The position numbers were made by a program, and so were the translations under genes. From Rebecca billardiae RCC1528 (lineage: Eukaryota; Protista; Haptophyta): a stretch of 64,000 nt of DNA. Within the stretch, counting starts at the first letter, position 1. Every line of letters starts with the position of its first letter. Under the pieces are notes generated by a model. The model had not been told where the DNA came from and did no database searches. It saw nothing but the letters and a program-made list of their open reading frames with translations. Below are positions 23,810-37,302 of the stretch, piece after piece. The stretch lies in contig OZ251231.1 in NCBI GenBank assembly GCA_965240325.2, positions 1,984,001 to 2,048,000 of the forward strand, read 5' to 3'.

Positions 23810-26800
23810 TCAGTGCTGTTTATTGCTGGTAGTACGCCCGTACGGCAGCTGCTGAGCCTGCAGGATCTTCTCAGACGACTGCGGAACGCCGACGGCGACG
23901 ATGCCACTGCTCGCACCCGCGCCCATCGGGTGCCACGTCACATAGGCCTGCCGCCGACGGGTCGACGACGCGGCGGTGCTCGCCGCGTGCAGATGTTCGC
24001 ACGGCTGGTGGTGATGACGTTGAGCCGAGGGCACCGAGCTCGGGCTGCTCCCGCGCGGAGGAGCGGCGGCGGCTTGTGCGATGCGCTTTGGCTCGGCGCG
24101 GCGCGGCGGCACGGCTCGGGTGCGCGCCGCACCGCTCGTGGATGGCCGCGCGTGGTGGACCGCCGTGCGTGCGGCCGGATGCGCCGGCGCTGGGGCCGCG
24201 TGGACGGGCCCTCCCACCTGCCGCTCGGCCGAGCCGGCCGAGAGTGCGCGTCGCGTCGCGGAGCGTGGCGAGGGCTGCGCGGCCTCTGCGCCGCGCGGCG
24301 TGCCGCTCGGCCGCAGCGGCGTGGCAGCCACGCCCCCGTCGCGGCTCGCCGACGCGCGCTCGCGCGGGGCGAGAGGCCGCGCCGCGCTCGGCGAGGCCAT
24401 GGGCCGCGGCGAGCGCGCGCGCGGCGAGGCGGCGCCGTCCGAAGCCACCGCGAGCACGAGGAACGGCGAGCCGAGCACGGGCCGGCCTTTCACGCTCACC
24501 GCCAGCTTGTACGTTCCGCTCACGGCGAAGAAGACGCCGACCTCGAACGCATCCGCTCCGGGCTTGGGCTCCTCGGCGCGCGCGGTGACCGCGCCCGGGC
24601 CGCTCAGGTTGACCACGCGCACGTCGGCGGCGGCGTGCTGCGCCGAGTCCGGCGCGGCGGGGCCGTCGTCCGGCGCGGAGGGCACGCGCGCGACGCGCAG
24701 CCGCGCCCAACGCTCCAGCTCGGCGCGCAGCGCGCCGCGTGCCCAGGAGAAGCCTGCCCCGAAGCTGAGCGCCGGACTGACGAGCAGCTCGGCGAGCTGC
24801 CTGGACGCGCCGCGCCGCACCGTGCGCAGCGCACGGCTCGCCGCGCCGCCCGGAGGCGTGTCCAGCGCCGCCGCATCCCCCTCCTTCTCCTCCTCGTCGT
24901 CGTCAGCGTCGTCAGCGCCGTGCTCAGCGTGCGCGGGCGCGCCGGGCTCGCGCACGCTGAGCACAACCCTGTACACGCCCGCGTGCGCGGCGTTGAAGCG
25001 CACGACGCAGCGGCCCTTGGTCGCGCCGCGGCCGAGGGAGAGCGAGACCGGGGCGGGTCCGACGAGGTGCACTCCAAACGGCTGCAGCGGGCGGGCGGGC
25101 CGGGGCCGGGGCGCGGGGCTGGCCAGCTCGGCCGCGTGGCCGAACGGACCAGCGGCGGCGCCGTCGGCACCGCCGCCGCCGCCGCCGTCCATATCGCCTG
25201 CGCGCGCAGCTGCGCCGCCGCCATCATCATCGTCGTCACCGCCGCCGCCAGCCCTGGGCTCGGGCTCGGAGTCGGCAGGGTCGGTGATGTTCCCCGCTGC
25301 GTCACGCAGCACCAGCTCAAACTGGCCCTCGGCGCCCGCGACGGCTCGAACCACCGGCCAGCCCGTGTGTGCGCTCGAGCGCAGCCGTGGCTCTGCGCGT
25401 GCGGCCGCCGCGAGCGCGGCCGCCGCGCCGCCGACGCCCTTGGCCTGGTCGCGCGCTCTCGCCACGAGCAGTGCGCAGCGCGGTGGGAAGACAGGCCCCG
25501 GGCTCACCAGCACGCGGAACGGCGAGCCACCCGCCGGCGCGGCCGCGCGGCTCGCGTCGTGCGCCGCGCGGACGTGCAGCCAGTACTCGCCCGCCACGTC
25601 CGCCACGTACTCACATGAGTAGACGCCGCTGCCGCGGTGGCTCGCGCGCACAGGCACGGTGGTGGCGGTGGTGGCGGTGGTGGCGGTGCCGCCCTCGCCG
25701 GCAGGCCCGCCCGGCGGTGCTCGGCCTCGAGGCTCGAGTGACGCGCGGATCACCACGCCGCCGCCGACCAGCCGGTTGCCGCCGCCGTCGCGCACCGTGA
25801 GCGTGAACTGCGCCGACTCGGCCGCCGTCGCGCGCCGCGCGCCCGCGCCTCGCACGACGCAGTGCGCGGGCGAGAGTAGGCCCGGTCGCACGCGCACGCG
25901 CAGAGGCGCGGCGTGCACGACGGCGCCGCTGGGCACGCCGTGCCCCCGCTCGCGAGGCTCGCCGCCCTCGGCCGCCTCGTCCACGCCGCGCTCCTCCCGC
26001 CCGCCGCGCGCCGCCCGGCTCGCCAGCACGAGCAGCGCAGCGCCGGTGCGCCGCAGTGTGAAGTGCAGCTCCGCGCCCGCGCCGCTCGCGTGCACGAGTG
26101 AGTATGTGAACGCAGGGGCTCGCAGCCGCGCGCCGTCGGGCGGTGCGCTCGGGCGAGGCCGCGCGGACGGCCCGCCGGACTCGAGCTCGGAGTGATCCTC
26201 GTCGTCCTCGTCCAGCTCGAAGGCATACAGCGAGAGAGGCGGCGCCGCCGAGCGGGCGCGCGCGCCGCCTGCCGCGCCGCTCGGCGCACCGCCTGCCGCC
26301 GTCACGTCGGCGCCCGCGCGCGCTGCCACCTCACCGCCGTCGGCGGCGCGGCCATCGCTGGGCCTGGCGTCGCCGATGGCGTTGCCATGCGCGTCACAGA
26401 ACCTCACGAGCAGCCGCGCGGGCTCGCCCGCGGTGGCCGTCGCCGCGCCCTCGCCGAACACTCGCGTGTGCGCCGGCGACACGGGCCCAGCGCGCACGCG
26501 CACCGCCCATCGGCCACCCTCGCCGATGTCTCTGCCTCGCGCGAGCACGCGCAGCTCGAAGCGGCCGGCGACGGTCGGCCGCAGCGTGCACTCGTACACG
26601 CCGGCGCCGAGCGCGCCGGCCTCCGCCGTGCGCGCGCCCACGTCCAGCACCGCGCCCGGCTTCGGCGCGGCCGCAGCGGGCCACGCGGCCCCGCCACCGC
26701 TCGCGGCCGCGCCGCCGCCGCCGCCCGCCGTGGGCACCACATCACCTGGGTCGAGAATTCCAGGCGTGCGCGCCCACTCCGGCAGTCCGGTGGCGTCCGG

Positions 26801-27135
26801 ACCGTCCGCTGCGGCCGCCGCCGCGCTGAGCAGCTCGACGCGCACCGCGGACGCGGCGCCGCGCACGCGGTTCCGCCAGGCGTCGCGCGCGACCACGCGC
26901 ACGCGCGCCACCTGCCCGGCCGTCAGCAGCGGCTGCACCGGCTCGGCGCACGCGCAGAAGCGGGGCTCGACTGCAGCCGCGAGCACAAGCAGCTGCGCAC
27001 GCGGGCCGCGCGCGCCGTTGACTGCCGTGCGCAGCGAGTACGCCGCCGCGACGTACACGACGGCGGTGCACGCGTATCGCCCGTCGCCGAGGTCGGTCAC
27101 CGCCACCTCCAGCGGCGAAGGCTGCGGCTCGTCCA

Positions 27136-27217
<82 letters not shown>

Positions 27218-29221
27218 GCCCACGCTCTCGTCCGCCGATGCGCCGCGGCCGTGCGCTGCGGCCGCGGCCGATGAGCGCGCGCGCGCGCCCGAAGCACCCG
27301 CCACCGAAGCAGGCGGCGCGTCCTCGAGGAGCTGCGCGGCGAGCGACTGCCCGAACTCGCCGAGCGCCGCTGCCAGGCTTGGGTCTGCGTCCTGCGCGCT
27401 GCGCTGCAGCCGCTGCAGCTGCTGCAGGAGTGGAGCCGCCTTGGATGCGCCCGCCGGCGGCGCGCCCTCTGCGCCCAGTGGCGAGCTGTGTGCGCTCGGC
27501 GGCCCCGCGCCCTCGGAACCGGGCACGGGGTCCTCGCGGAGCAGCACCGACCAGTCCTCGGCCTCCGTGCCGTGCGCCCCCGCACCAAGCGGCGCCGGGC
27601 GCACGTGCGCGCCGCCGCGCGCGCCGCGCTCGCCGCTCGGCGGCTCCGATTCCGGGACGAGCCACACCCGGACTTCATCGCCGCCGCGTGCGACCTGGTT
27701 GCCCCAGCGGTCGCGGCAGGTGAGCTCGAACGCGAAGCGCTCGCCCGCGCGTGCGTCACTCACGCCGCCCACGCGCTCCCCCGGCTCGGGCCCGCCGCCC
27801 TCGCCCACGCCCAGCGCCAGCTTGGCTGAGAGGGAGCAGTGCGCGACCGAGGTGAGTGCCGATCGCACCGCCAGCGGCAGCGGCGACGGGCCCACGGCTT
27901 CGCCCCCGAGCAGCACGTGCACGGCGTACGTGCCGGACTCGCGCATCTGCAGCGTGGCGACGCACGCGCCGTCGTCACGCGCCTCGACCACCCCGTGCAC
28001 GGTGCTGCCCGCCGCGCTCGGCCGCCCGCCGCGCGCCTCCGCCGCCGCGCCGCTCGGCGCCGCCGCCGCCGCGCGAACAGCGGCCACCTCAAACCTCAGC
28101 CCGCGCGGCAGCCCGGCGCAGGGGTTGCCGTGCGCGTCGCGCGGGAGGAGGCGGAGCGAGAGCGCGGAGCCCGCATCCACCACCTCGGGCGGCGGCCCCT
28201 CGCCCTCGCCCTCGAGCACCTCGCAGGGCGCGCCGGCCGCCACTCGGAAGGCGAGCGGCTCTGCCGACGCGCCGACCGGCTCTGCGCCGAGCCACACGTG
28301 CAGCCGATGCGCGCCCGCGGCGGTCGGTGTGAAGGCGAGCTCGTACCGGCCGTTGGCGAGCTCGCGCACGGCGCACGGCGCGCGCGCGCCCGCCGGCCCC
28401 TCGAGCTCCGCGCGGATCGGCTCGCCGTCCGCCCTCCTCTCGACGCCCGCCTCGTTTCGGACGACCAGCGTGGGCGCGCACCGCACGCCCGCGGTCGCGC
28501 CCGCGAGCTCGGCCGCGCGGACGAAGCTGCGGCGGGGCGCGGTGGCGTCCGCGTGGACGTGCAGCTCGAACGGCGAGCCGCTCACCGCGTGCTTGCCCAC
28601 GAGCACCGTCAGCGCGTACGTGCCGCTCATCTTGGGGGCATACTCGCACCGGAACTTGCCCGCGTGCACCAGCCGCACGCTCACCGGCAGCGCGTGCGGC
28701 CCGCTCGCGCGCACGCGGCACTGCGGCTCGGGTGCGTCAGCGGGCCACTTGTACACGTGCACGTCGAACGAGTTGCGGCTGTTCGCGCGCGCGTTTGACG
28801 CGCCCTCGCCAACGACCGTGCAGATGCGCGCGCACAGCTCCCCGGGCGTCGCGTGCACGAGGCCCCGCACGAGCGCGGACCAGTCGCGCGACATGCCCGT
28901 GCGCGAGGGCGCGCGCGAGGCGAGCGCGCTCCGAATACTCCCAACCAGCTCGCACAGCTGCGCGAACGAGAGCCGCTTCTGGCCCTCCTCGTCCAGCGCG
29001 CGCGCGAGGTCGAGAGCTTCCCCGTTAGGCATCACCGACGGGCCGACGCCGAGCAGGCGGGCGACGAACGGGGCGTCGTCGACGGCGACCGTCTCCGAGC
29101 CATCGTCAAGAAGCTCGAACGCGCGGAGGCAAGCGGCCTCCTCGAGCTGCGACGGGCGCACGTGCCCCGGCGTGCGAGGTGATCGGACCCTCTGCCTGTT
29201 CAAATGCTCGTCGGTCGCCAT
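23810..29221 (-). CDS. Large filamin/ABP280 (Ig-like) repeat protein with an N-terminal EF-hand-like region
   Basis: Repeated filamin motifs (G.Y..TV.VG...V.GSPF, RD..GN, DLGDGRYAC). N-terminal AFELLDDGSETV...LDEEGQKRLSFAQLCEL. The likely start is MATDEH. Confidence 0.85.
27139..27210. repeat. (CGCGCC)n hexamer repeat encoding a poly(GA) linker in the filamin gene
   Basis: Read directly from the sequence. Confidence 0.95.
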
Positions 29222-29279
29222 CGCTCGGACGCCGGACCCACCCCGCCCGGTGCGGCCGGTGCGGCTGGGAGACCACACC

Positions 29280-30258
29280 ATGCACATGCAGAATGAGGAC
29301 GATCAGTCCGCCACTCCGCCGTTGGGCACGGTGCCGGAGCGAGGGTCGCGATCGCAACGACTCTTGGTGGCGTGTCGGCGCGGGCGAGGGCTCGGTGCAG
29401 CTGTCCTGCTGCTGGCGGTGGCGCCGCATCGAAGGGCCGCGGGCGCAACGCCCCTACACACAACTTTTGGCGGCGAGGCATCGCGCGAGAGCTACGCGCA
29501 TTCGATGCTGCTCAAGTCAGCTCGCGACGAGGCACTGGCCGAGGGTTTTGCGCTCTCCACTCGCTTCAATACGCTGATATTGCCCATGCCCAACACATTC
29601 CGCCTCACCCAGGCCGGCAGCATCGCCAGATCGGGAGTGGTACTGGTCGACGTTCCCAGCGGCGTCCGCGAGCTCGTGCTGCTTAAGTATAAGCCGCGCG
29701 CAACGCCCCCGAGCGTGAAGGTGGCGTACGTGCACGTCTTCAAGGCGGCGGGCACGACTGTGCTTTCGGCGTTGCACCGTGGGTGCCGCGGCGTTGCCTG
29801 GTGCGAGTCCCCTGGCTGGTGCCGAGCGGTTCATATCGGCGGTGCACGAGCTGCGGCTGCGTGAATCGTGGGCAAGGGTGAAGGCCTTCGCCCAGCCGCA
29901 CCAGCTGCAGCGCCTGCGCGAAAGCAATGGGACGAGCTTGTGGGCGATCCTCGTGCTGAAACTGATCGCGCAGGACGGGTTTTGGGACGGGCACCTGTGG
30001 CTGCAGGCGTCCTTCATGCACAACTGGGCGGAGAGGCGGCTGCCAGTGCGCTTCCTCGGCGCTGTCGACGACGGTGTGAACGACACGATGCGGCTGCTGC
30101 AGCATTGGCTCCACATCAGCCGCCTGCGGGCAGTGTCGTCCAAGAGACAGCACAACCCTGGCGATGACTTTGCGCTCATGCGCTGGCAGGTGCGGCTGGT
30201 CTGCCACCTGTACTGGTACGACTTCCTCGCATGCGGCCACCCCGCCCCGTGGCACTGA
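29280..30258 (+). CDS. Golgi-type carbohydrate sulfotransferase (Sulfotransfer_2-like), split by a frameshift near 29780-29820
   Basis: The 5'-PSB-like YVHVFKAAGTT is in one frame. ERFISA, DGHLWLQASF and LYWYDF are in the next ORF (29779..30258). Confidence 0.65.
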
Positions 30259-31070
30259 GAGAGCGCCTGGCGAAGGACACGAGAGAGCGGCCGACGAAGA
30301 AGACGAGAGAGCGCCTGGCGAAGGAGAACTTGGCGCGCGCTGCGGCGGGTGCCGCTGCTGTCCAGGCGAGTGCACGCACAACGCAGCTCCCCGATGCAAT
30401 TCATCATCATCACCAGCGAGGAAAAACCAAGAAGCTGATGTCGATGAAACACAGCAGGCGTCATTTGAAAAGGCCCAGCTCCCAAGGCCAAGCGGGGGGC
30501 TACTACTGGTGTCTTTGTGCAGTGTTGGATGGCGTCAATCACGCCTTAACCAAGTGTGCACGTTAAAACATAGTAAACTGTACTACCCTGATCCAGGTTG
30601 GCGAGGCGGTCTCCATCTCCCCTCCCGCCTTGCTGCGCACATCCTTTTCGACGAGCGACTGCCGACTCTGATTCTGCGCAGCATAAATAGTATGATACGT
30701 CGTACGTAGTACTTTATACGTAGTAGGTCGCGGACAATTATATAAAACCGGCGGCAGTGTCAGCTGAATCATCACATATGAATGACACATCGCCGCGCGC
30801 AGCCGTCCGCGCGATATCGCGCGACACGTGATTAGCGCAGAAGGGTAGGGGCTGGCTAAGCCTGCTGCCCCGCACGGCGCATCGGCGGCCGCACGAGTGC
30901 CACGTCGGCCCGCACGTCGCCCGCATCTGCCTGTGGTACATGATGTCGTCCACTCTGTCCAGGGTTCGGGCGCCGTTGGCGAGTGCTACGCGCGCACCGG
31001 GCACGGGCGCAGCTTGATCAGTTGATCACACGCGCAACCCATTTGAATCAACGGTTCACTGCTCCTGCGC

Positions 31071-32286
31071 CTACGCGCCGCCTAGAGACGAGCCGAGCCG
31101 CGCGAAGCCTTGTCGTGCGTGCCCCACGGCTGTTCGCTGCGCAGCTTCGAGCGCCGACCGTGTCGGGCTCTTGGGCGCCTCGGTGTGGGCATTTGATGCA
31201 CTGTGCATAGCTGGACCGTCACCTGCATCGGATGGCGCTGCCGAGCTTTGGGTGAGCTCGTCCTCTTCCTCCTTGAGCCGCCCGCGGTACACCACGCGCC
31301 CGTACAGCGGCTGTACCGGCCGGTTGTTCCCCACGACGCAGTTGTGGTTGCAGCCGTCGTGGCCCTCGAGAGCAAGGAACGCCTCCATCTGCGCGGCCGA
31401 GAGGCCCAGCGCCTGGTCAGCAAGCACCCAGCGCACACCCTCGGTGCACGGCGGCGTGGTGAACGAGCCCGCGTACGTCAGAAAGTCGCGCGCGAGCAAG
31501 TCCCGCGTGAGCAGCTCAAAGCTCACGTTGACGGCGTGCGTCTCGTGCAGCCGCGGCAGCGCCGGGCGCCAGAACTGATCGAGGAACTCAGACCGGCTCG
31601 CGCTGAGCTGGAAGAGCAGCCCGAAGACGAGCAGCTCGCCATTCGGCGCCTTGTGCACCATGTGCATCTCCAGCGGGTACTGCAGCCCGTTGATCCGGTG
31701 CTCGGACGGCGAGTGGAAGTGGAACTGCTGCAGCTCGAAGGTCGTCCCGTTGAACTCCATCCGACCATCGCCCGGGGTCGAGATCTTGACGGTGTGCCCA
31801 TTGTTCTGGAGGCAGGCGCGCGCAGCGGCGGGGCAGCGCGCGCAAAGGGTGGGTGGGCGCGTCAGGCGGGAGAAAGCGGCGTAGGGGCGACGGCAGCACG
31901 CCCCTGTGCGGGGGGATGGCCCGCCACCGTCGCACCGTGATGCTGTCGCCCTGCTCGTTGCGGTAGTGGAAGGAAAGGCCTGCGTCCGGAGCATCGACGA
32001 CGTAGTCCTCGTCGAGGACGATGTCTACGGGCGACTGCTCGTGCCCATCGAAGCACGTGCGGTAGTCCATGGGTGCATGCCCATCGGACGCTGACATGTT
32101 GCCCCACCAGGCTGGCCCGGTCTTGCCCACATATGACCACGACGGATGCTCGTCAGTCGTCGTTCGACTGGCAGTCGAGTGGAAAGGCAATCCGAGCGTG
32201 GCATACACGTACACGAATGCGAGCACCATGGCGGTCAGCACCGCCACTTTGGTCACGGCGTCGCATCCAGCCGCGTCGCGCCGCAT
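31071..32286 (-). CDS. Alpha-carbonic anhydrase with N-terminal signal/anchor; exons 32286-31936 and 31805-31071
   Basis: Motifs WSY.GKTGP..W, QSPVDI, NNGHT, QFHFHSPSEH, EMHMVH, YAGSFTTPPCTEGV and NNRPVQP. A GT-AG intron at 31935-31806 joins GDSIT|NNGHT in frame. Confidence 0.95.
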
Positions 32287-32480
32287 CCTCCCGTGACGAC
32301 CGCCAGCACCGACGTCTCACACCCCGCGCCCTTTTCACGGCAGGCCGGCCGCGGCGTTGGCTCCGAGAGAACGGGATCTCGGGATGGATCTCAGAACTCA
32401 TATCACCAAAATAATGTCCGGGACTCCTCGTCACCCCTTTGACAGAGCGGCTCCCTGTCCGGCTGGACAGCGACTCAGCG

Positions 32481-33302
32481 ATGGTCGCCGCCGCGAAGCC
32501 GCGCGTGGCGACGGCGTTGCTCATCGCCTACGACGGCTCGCGAGGCTGGGCCTGGGACCCAACGATCAAAGCGGTGGTTGCCGATGTCTTCTCCCGCATC
32601 GTCCGTTCGGAGGTCCAGATCGAAGCCGCGAGCAGGACCGACGCGGGCGTGCACGCCAGAGGGCAGATCGCATGCGTGTTTGCAGAACGCTCACCGCCGG
32701 GCGACAACTACGGGAAGCTCGCGTACCGCATGAACCAGCTCCTCCCAGAGGATGTAGTTATTCGGGCGGCAGGTCCCGTCCCGCCCACGTTCGACGTCCG
32801 CGCCAACGCTGGGAAGACGTACTCGTACACGCTGCTCACATCTCAGGTGCGCGATCCGCTCGGCAGGAGGCGCGAGTGGCATCGGCCGCCGCGCCACGAT
32901 GGGCCGGCCTTCGACATCGTGCGCGCAAGGGCTGCGGCCGAGGCCCTCGTCGGCACCCACGACTTCGTGGCCTTTGCCAACTCGGGGGCCAACCAGCGCC
33001 CGTCGAGCGTGTGCACGATCAAAAGGCTCGAGCTGTGCAACCAAGGCAGAGGCCGCGTGCGCTTTGAGATCGACGGCAACCGCTTCGTGTACAGGATGGT
33101 CCGGAACATGATAGGCCTACTTGCGCGCTGCGGCGCCGGCGAGCTCGAACCCGACATCGCCGCGGACGTGCTTGCAACGCGCGCATGGCCATCGGGCACG
33201 ATCAAGCTCACCGCACCGCCACACGGCTTGATGCTGGAGAGTGTGCACTTTACGGACGAGCAGGCCAAGTCTTTGCCATCACGATGGCATCGAGAGTTGT
33301 AA
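32481..33302 (+). CDS. truA: tRNA pseudouridine(38-40) synthase, TruA family (start uncertain)
   Basis: Motifs IAYDGS, ASRTDAGVHARGQ (catalytic Asp), GTHDF, GNRFVYRMVRNMIG and TAPPHGL. Confidence 0.93.
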   Translation: MVAAAKPRVATALLIAYDGSRGWAWDPTIKAVVADVFSRIVRSEVQIEAASRTDAGVHARGQIACVFAERSPPGDNYGKLAYRMNQLLPEDVVIRAAGPVPPTFDVRANAGKTYSYTLLTSQVRDPLGRRREWHRPPRHDGPAFDIVRARAAAEALVGTHDFVAFANSGANQRPSSVCTIKRLELCNQGRGRVRFEIDGNRFVYRMVRNMIGLLARCGAGELEPDIAADVLATRAWPSGTIKLTAPPHGLMLESVHFTDEQAKSLPSRWHREL

Positions 33303-33425
33303 GCATCGTCGGGCTTGCGGCGCGCGCCATGAGACGAGCCGCAATGCGGGCGCTTACGACGGCTTATAGTAATAAGTAAAGCCTTATATATAATAATAAT
33401 AACAATGATATAATAACTAATAATA

Positions 33426-35015
33426 AGGACCGCGTTCCGCGGTCCTTTTCCGTAGAACGAACGTAGTTCAGGGCCCGCGGTGGCGGTGCACCCTCCGTCG
33501 CAGTCGTCTATTGACAGACCAGTTGCATATGCCCGTACAACTAGACTCCAGCGGCGCGCCGCCGCCCGCCGCGCCGGGCGGGCCCATTGCAGCCGCCGGC
33601 GCGGCGCCGATTGTGTACAGGCGGATGCGACGAGGCGTGATCGACGCATGAGCGCGACTCCACGTGCACGCCAGGCCACGCGGAGCTGACAGCCAGGGAG
33701 CACGGTGCGGGGCCGCGGATTCGTTCGGGCCGCTGCTGCTGACCGCTGTCCCCGGGGTCACCCCCCGCGCCGGCAGCGCCCGGGATGATGCACTGGTCCG
33801 AGTAGGGTTCGACCAGCGCCTGCGCGACGGCCGACAGGCGGGCGCGAGGCGTGATCGACGCATGAGCGCAACTCTACGTGCACGCCAGGCCACGCGGAGC
33901 TGACAGCCCGAGGGAGCACGGTGCCGAGGTGCGAGGGCACCGGTGATCCGGTTCGCGCACTCGCCGCGCGTGCACGGGCAGCTGACACACCTCGATCAGG
34001 CTCGGCACGCGTTGCAGAGGCACGGCCAGCTCTGGGGACGTCACGCACCACCGTCGCCCGCGCAGCTCGTCCTCCTCGTAGAGTACCGTTCAGTTCCGAG
34101 GCGTAGCCCTCGCTCAGAGTCGACCGACGATGGACTCGGATCGTCGGCGCGCCTGCTCTCTCTCAAGAAGAGTTCTGGGAGACCCCGGAAAGGCATGGCA
34201 AGGGCGGCGCGTGGTGAAGTCGAAGGCTCAGAGATCGATCAGTCCGGCATCAGGCGCCGCTGCCCCCGAGCTTGCGAGAGCCCGAACACAGGGCGGCGGC
34301 TGCGGCGCCGGCTCGCGGACGCGCCGGGGCCGCGCAAGGCCGCGCCGAGGCATCGACAGGGCGGCAGGGGCGGCGGGGGCGCGCGGAGTGAGCGGGGGCA
34401 CGAACGCGATGTCGACGGCAGTCGGGACCCGCCGCAGCCGCGCGCTCCAGGCGCAACTCGCCGCGCGCACCTGCCCATCGCCGTCCTCACCCGTCGGTCG
34501 CTCGTGAGCCTCGTGCCCGTGGCTCGCCTCCAAACGCGGGCCGCCTTTGGTGGGCCGCCGCCCGGGGCCGCGCGCGCGCCCAACCAAGTCCGTTCGCGTC
34601 AGATAGTATTGAGATACGCCGAGCTTGGGCCCTCTGCTACTGACCCTTGCCTTGTCGGCTCCTGATACAGATAGGGCGCGATTGAATAGTTGATCAACTG
34701 ATTCAAGGGACGTACATTGTCACATCGGTTCGCGGCAATCTCACTATCAAACTAAATCGCTCGTAACGAACCGTTACGTTAAAGTCACGGCCGCTCACGT
34801 CCCGTCCATCGATTGAATAGGGGAATCTCGTGGACGCGGTTATTTCTCCGTAATGCATGTGTCGTAGAGAGGGTCTCAAAAATCGAAACTCGGTCTCCGC
34901 CAGCCCTAAAAATCGCCCCCCGTCCCTTTTTTCTTGATCAAAGATCTTTTTGAAACGTGGTTAGGGCCCACGGAGCGGGCTCCACGCTGCGCGTTCCGCC
35001 CTGCACCGCGGGCCA
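33426..35015 (-). mobile_element. Helitron-like element, family X copy 3 (no nested insertions)
   Basis: GGACCGCG-TTC-CGCGGTCC hairpin and TGCACCGCGGGCCA|TA end. The interior is homologous to about 3790-4930. Confidence 0.8.
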
Positions 35016-35931
35016 TACTTGTGTTTCAAAATGATGCGCAGTGTAGATGACTCGGCTGACTATATATACGACTATTGGTCAAGCAGGTGAGAAAAGTATC
35101 GTAATATAGTCTGTAGTTTTATCGCCTATCGGCCGACGGACCGTTCACATATTGATGAATGCGATGGAATAACGTCAGTTACGGTAGTATTGCAATTAAC
35201 TTGAATCACTAGCCGCTGAGTCGGCGGCAATAAAAGGTCGGCCCAGCAAGTCGTAGTTTCGACGACGATACGGATAGCTAAGGCTCGGCCCCAACTTAAT
35301 AATGGCAGCAAAACCAACACGAGAGTCGAGAGCGTTCAAAACACGGATGACGGAACCCAATCCACAACGGTGAGGTCAACTAAGACTACTAAGCTAACTA
35401 CCGTCGCGATCATCATCCACCAGCTGCTGACCAAGTGGCAAGTAGGCGACACCCTTGACGACACCAAAATGCTCACCCGCCACCTTTGACTTGGTACCTA
35501 TTACTTCCTGACGGGCATGAGTCCTGACGACGTCGACGACAACAACAACTTTGTCAACCCTGGCGACCAAGCGTCAACGTGCTCACCGACCAGTCCGACC
35601 ACCACTACCTCAATCAAGCTTCGACCAGTACCACTACACTCGACAGACGAATCAGGAGAGCTGCGCCCTCGTGACGCATGTGTCTAATCTTTAAATCATA
35701 TAGAATGGATACACAAATCGACATTTTATGGGCACCGCATACAGATGGAGCACAACTTAATTTGAAATATAAATATACAGCGCGCCCCCTGCGACTGCGT
35801 CGTCGCCGGTGGCTGCGGCTCGAGCGGCACGCGGGTGGCGCGTTGCGTGCCCCGGCGACTACTTGAACATCTTTCGGCAGCAGTTTCATCAATAATCATC
35901 CGCATCGAATCATCGTCACTTAACGTCTTAA

Positions 35932-37302
35932 CCCCTATTGTGGAACGGACCCCTATTGTGGAACGGCGCCAGTTTTTCCTATGTAGAGCTCGGATGTCGC
36001 GGAGGCGATGAGATCGGCGGCTACCGCCGTGTGCGCCTGGCCAAGGCGCGTCCAACGAGCCCAAGAACGTCGCCATAGCCCCGCCCCAGCGCCGTCCGCA
36101 GCCGATCGTTTGCTGGAGTCAGAGCTGAGAATCTGGTGTGAAAAAATGGTTTTCGGCTCCTGTAGGCCGAAGCTTCGGCCGGGAGGGCGCGCACGGTATT
36201 TTTGGGAGCTCCCCGAAAGCAGCCCGGGCAGGGAATCAAGCCGGCTTGCCGCTGCCGCACTCGTGGATGGAGCAAGGGTGATGGAGCGCGAGTTCAGAGT
36301 GACACGAATTGGGTCAGGTCAGCATGGCTGATTCCTGGGTTGGAGGGTCGAGGACGCCCCGCCGCGGCGGGGGGCGGTGCGGCGGCGCGAGCGGACTGGT
36401 GGCGATGATGAACGCGTAGCCGAAGGTGCCGGGCCGTCAGGCGACGCCCAACCCCGCAAAGCAGCTTCATCGCCTGCCGACCGCGCGAGAGCCGCGCCGC
36501 GTGAAGCGGCTGGGCGCGAGTGGACTACGACCCGCCAGATGCAGCCATCAGGGACTGTGTGTAGAGCGGGGAGCTGGCGTGAGGGCACAGCTGTCGCCGA
36601 CTTCGGCTCATATGCCGTGACAACTGGCCACGCTCTGTCGGATGGTGAAGGACCCGACCAGCCCGTCGAGGCCGCTGGGGCTGCAGCCGCGGCTGAGCGG
36701 CTGTGACGGTCGAGCAGATGCACACCGACCAGGTCGTGGAGATAGCGCTACTCAGCTTCGCGCCGACCACGCGGCAGGTGTGCATCGATGCGGCGCTTCT
36801 CTTCCTGCGTAGCGGCGCGCCCTTCTCGACGCTCTCCAGCATGCCCTGGAAGCGGTGGTGTCGGCGGCGGCTCAGGCGCCACGCGAAGGCGAGCGAGCGT
36901 CGATGACGGACACGCTCGTCGACCGCATCACTCATCGTGGAGAGGTTTGCGCGGGCAAGACGTGCCCCCCGGCGGCTGCGGGGTCGAGGGCGGGTGCCCA
37001 CACCGCCAGCGCGCCGGCGAGCGCCAGCGGGCCGACTGCGAACGCTCAGGAGCCAGCAGTGGCACCGTCCTGAGCGAGGAACCAAAATCGTTCCACAATA
37101 GGGGTCAGTCGACCTGTCGACGCACCCCGCGGGCGCGCGCGCGCGCGCGCGCGGGCGGGCGAGTTCCGCGCTCCGCACCCTCAGTGGTGTATGGTCCCTT
37201 CGGTAGGACCCATGGCCAGTACCTGACACCTTAAGTTCGCTCGCCGAGCCGCACTACCTCGCCCTATGGGCGGAAAACCCGAAAATCGTTCCACAATAGG
37301 GG
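35932..37302. mobile_element. piggyBac-like non-autonomous element
   Basis: TTAA|CCCCTATTGTGGAACG...CGTTCCACAATAGGGG|TTAA. Second, asymmetrically spaced subterminal copies lie at ~35948 and ~37089. Confidence 0.8.

Noticed and set aside
35130-35900. Possible retroelement or other remnant in an AT-richer tract
   Set aside because: No recognisable motif or termini.
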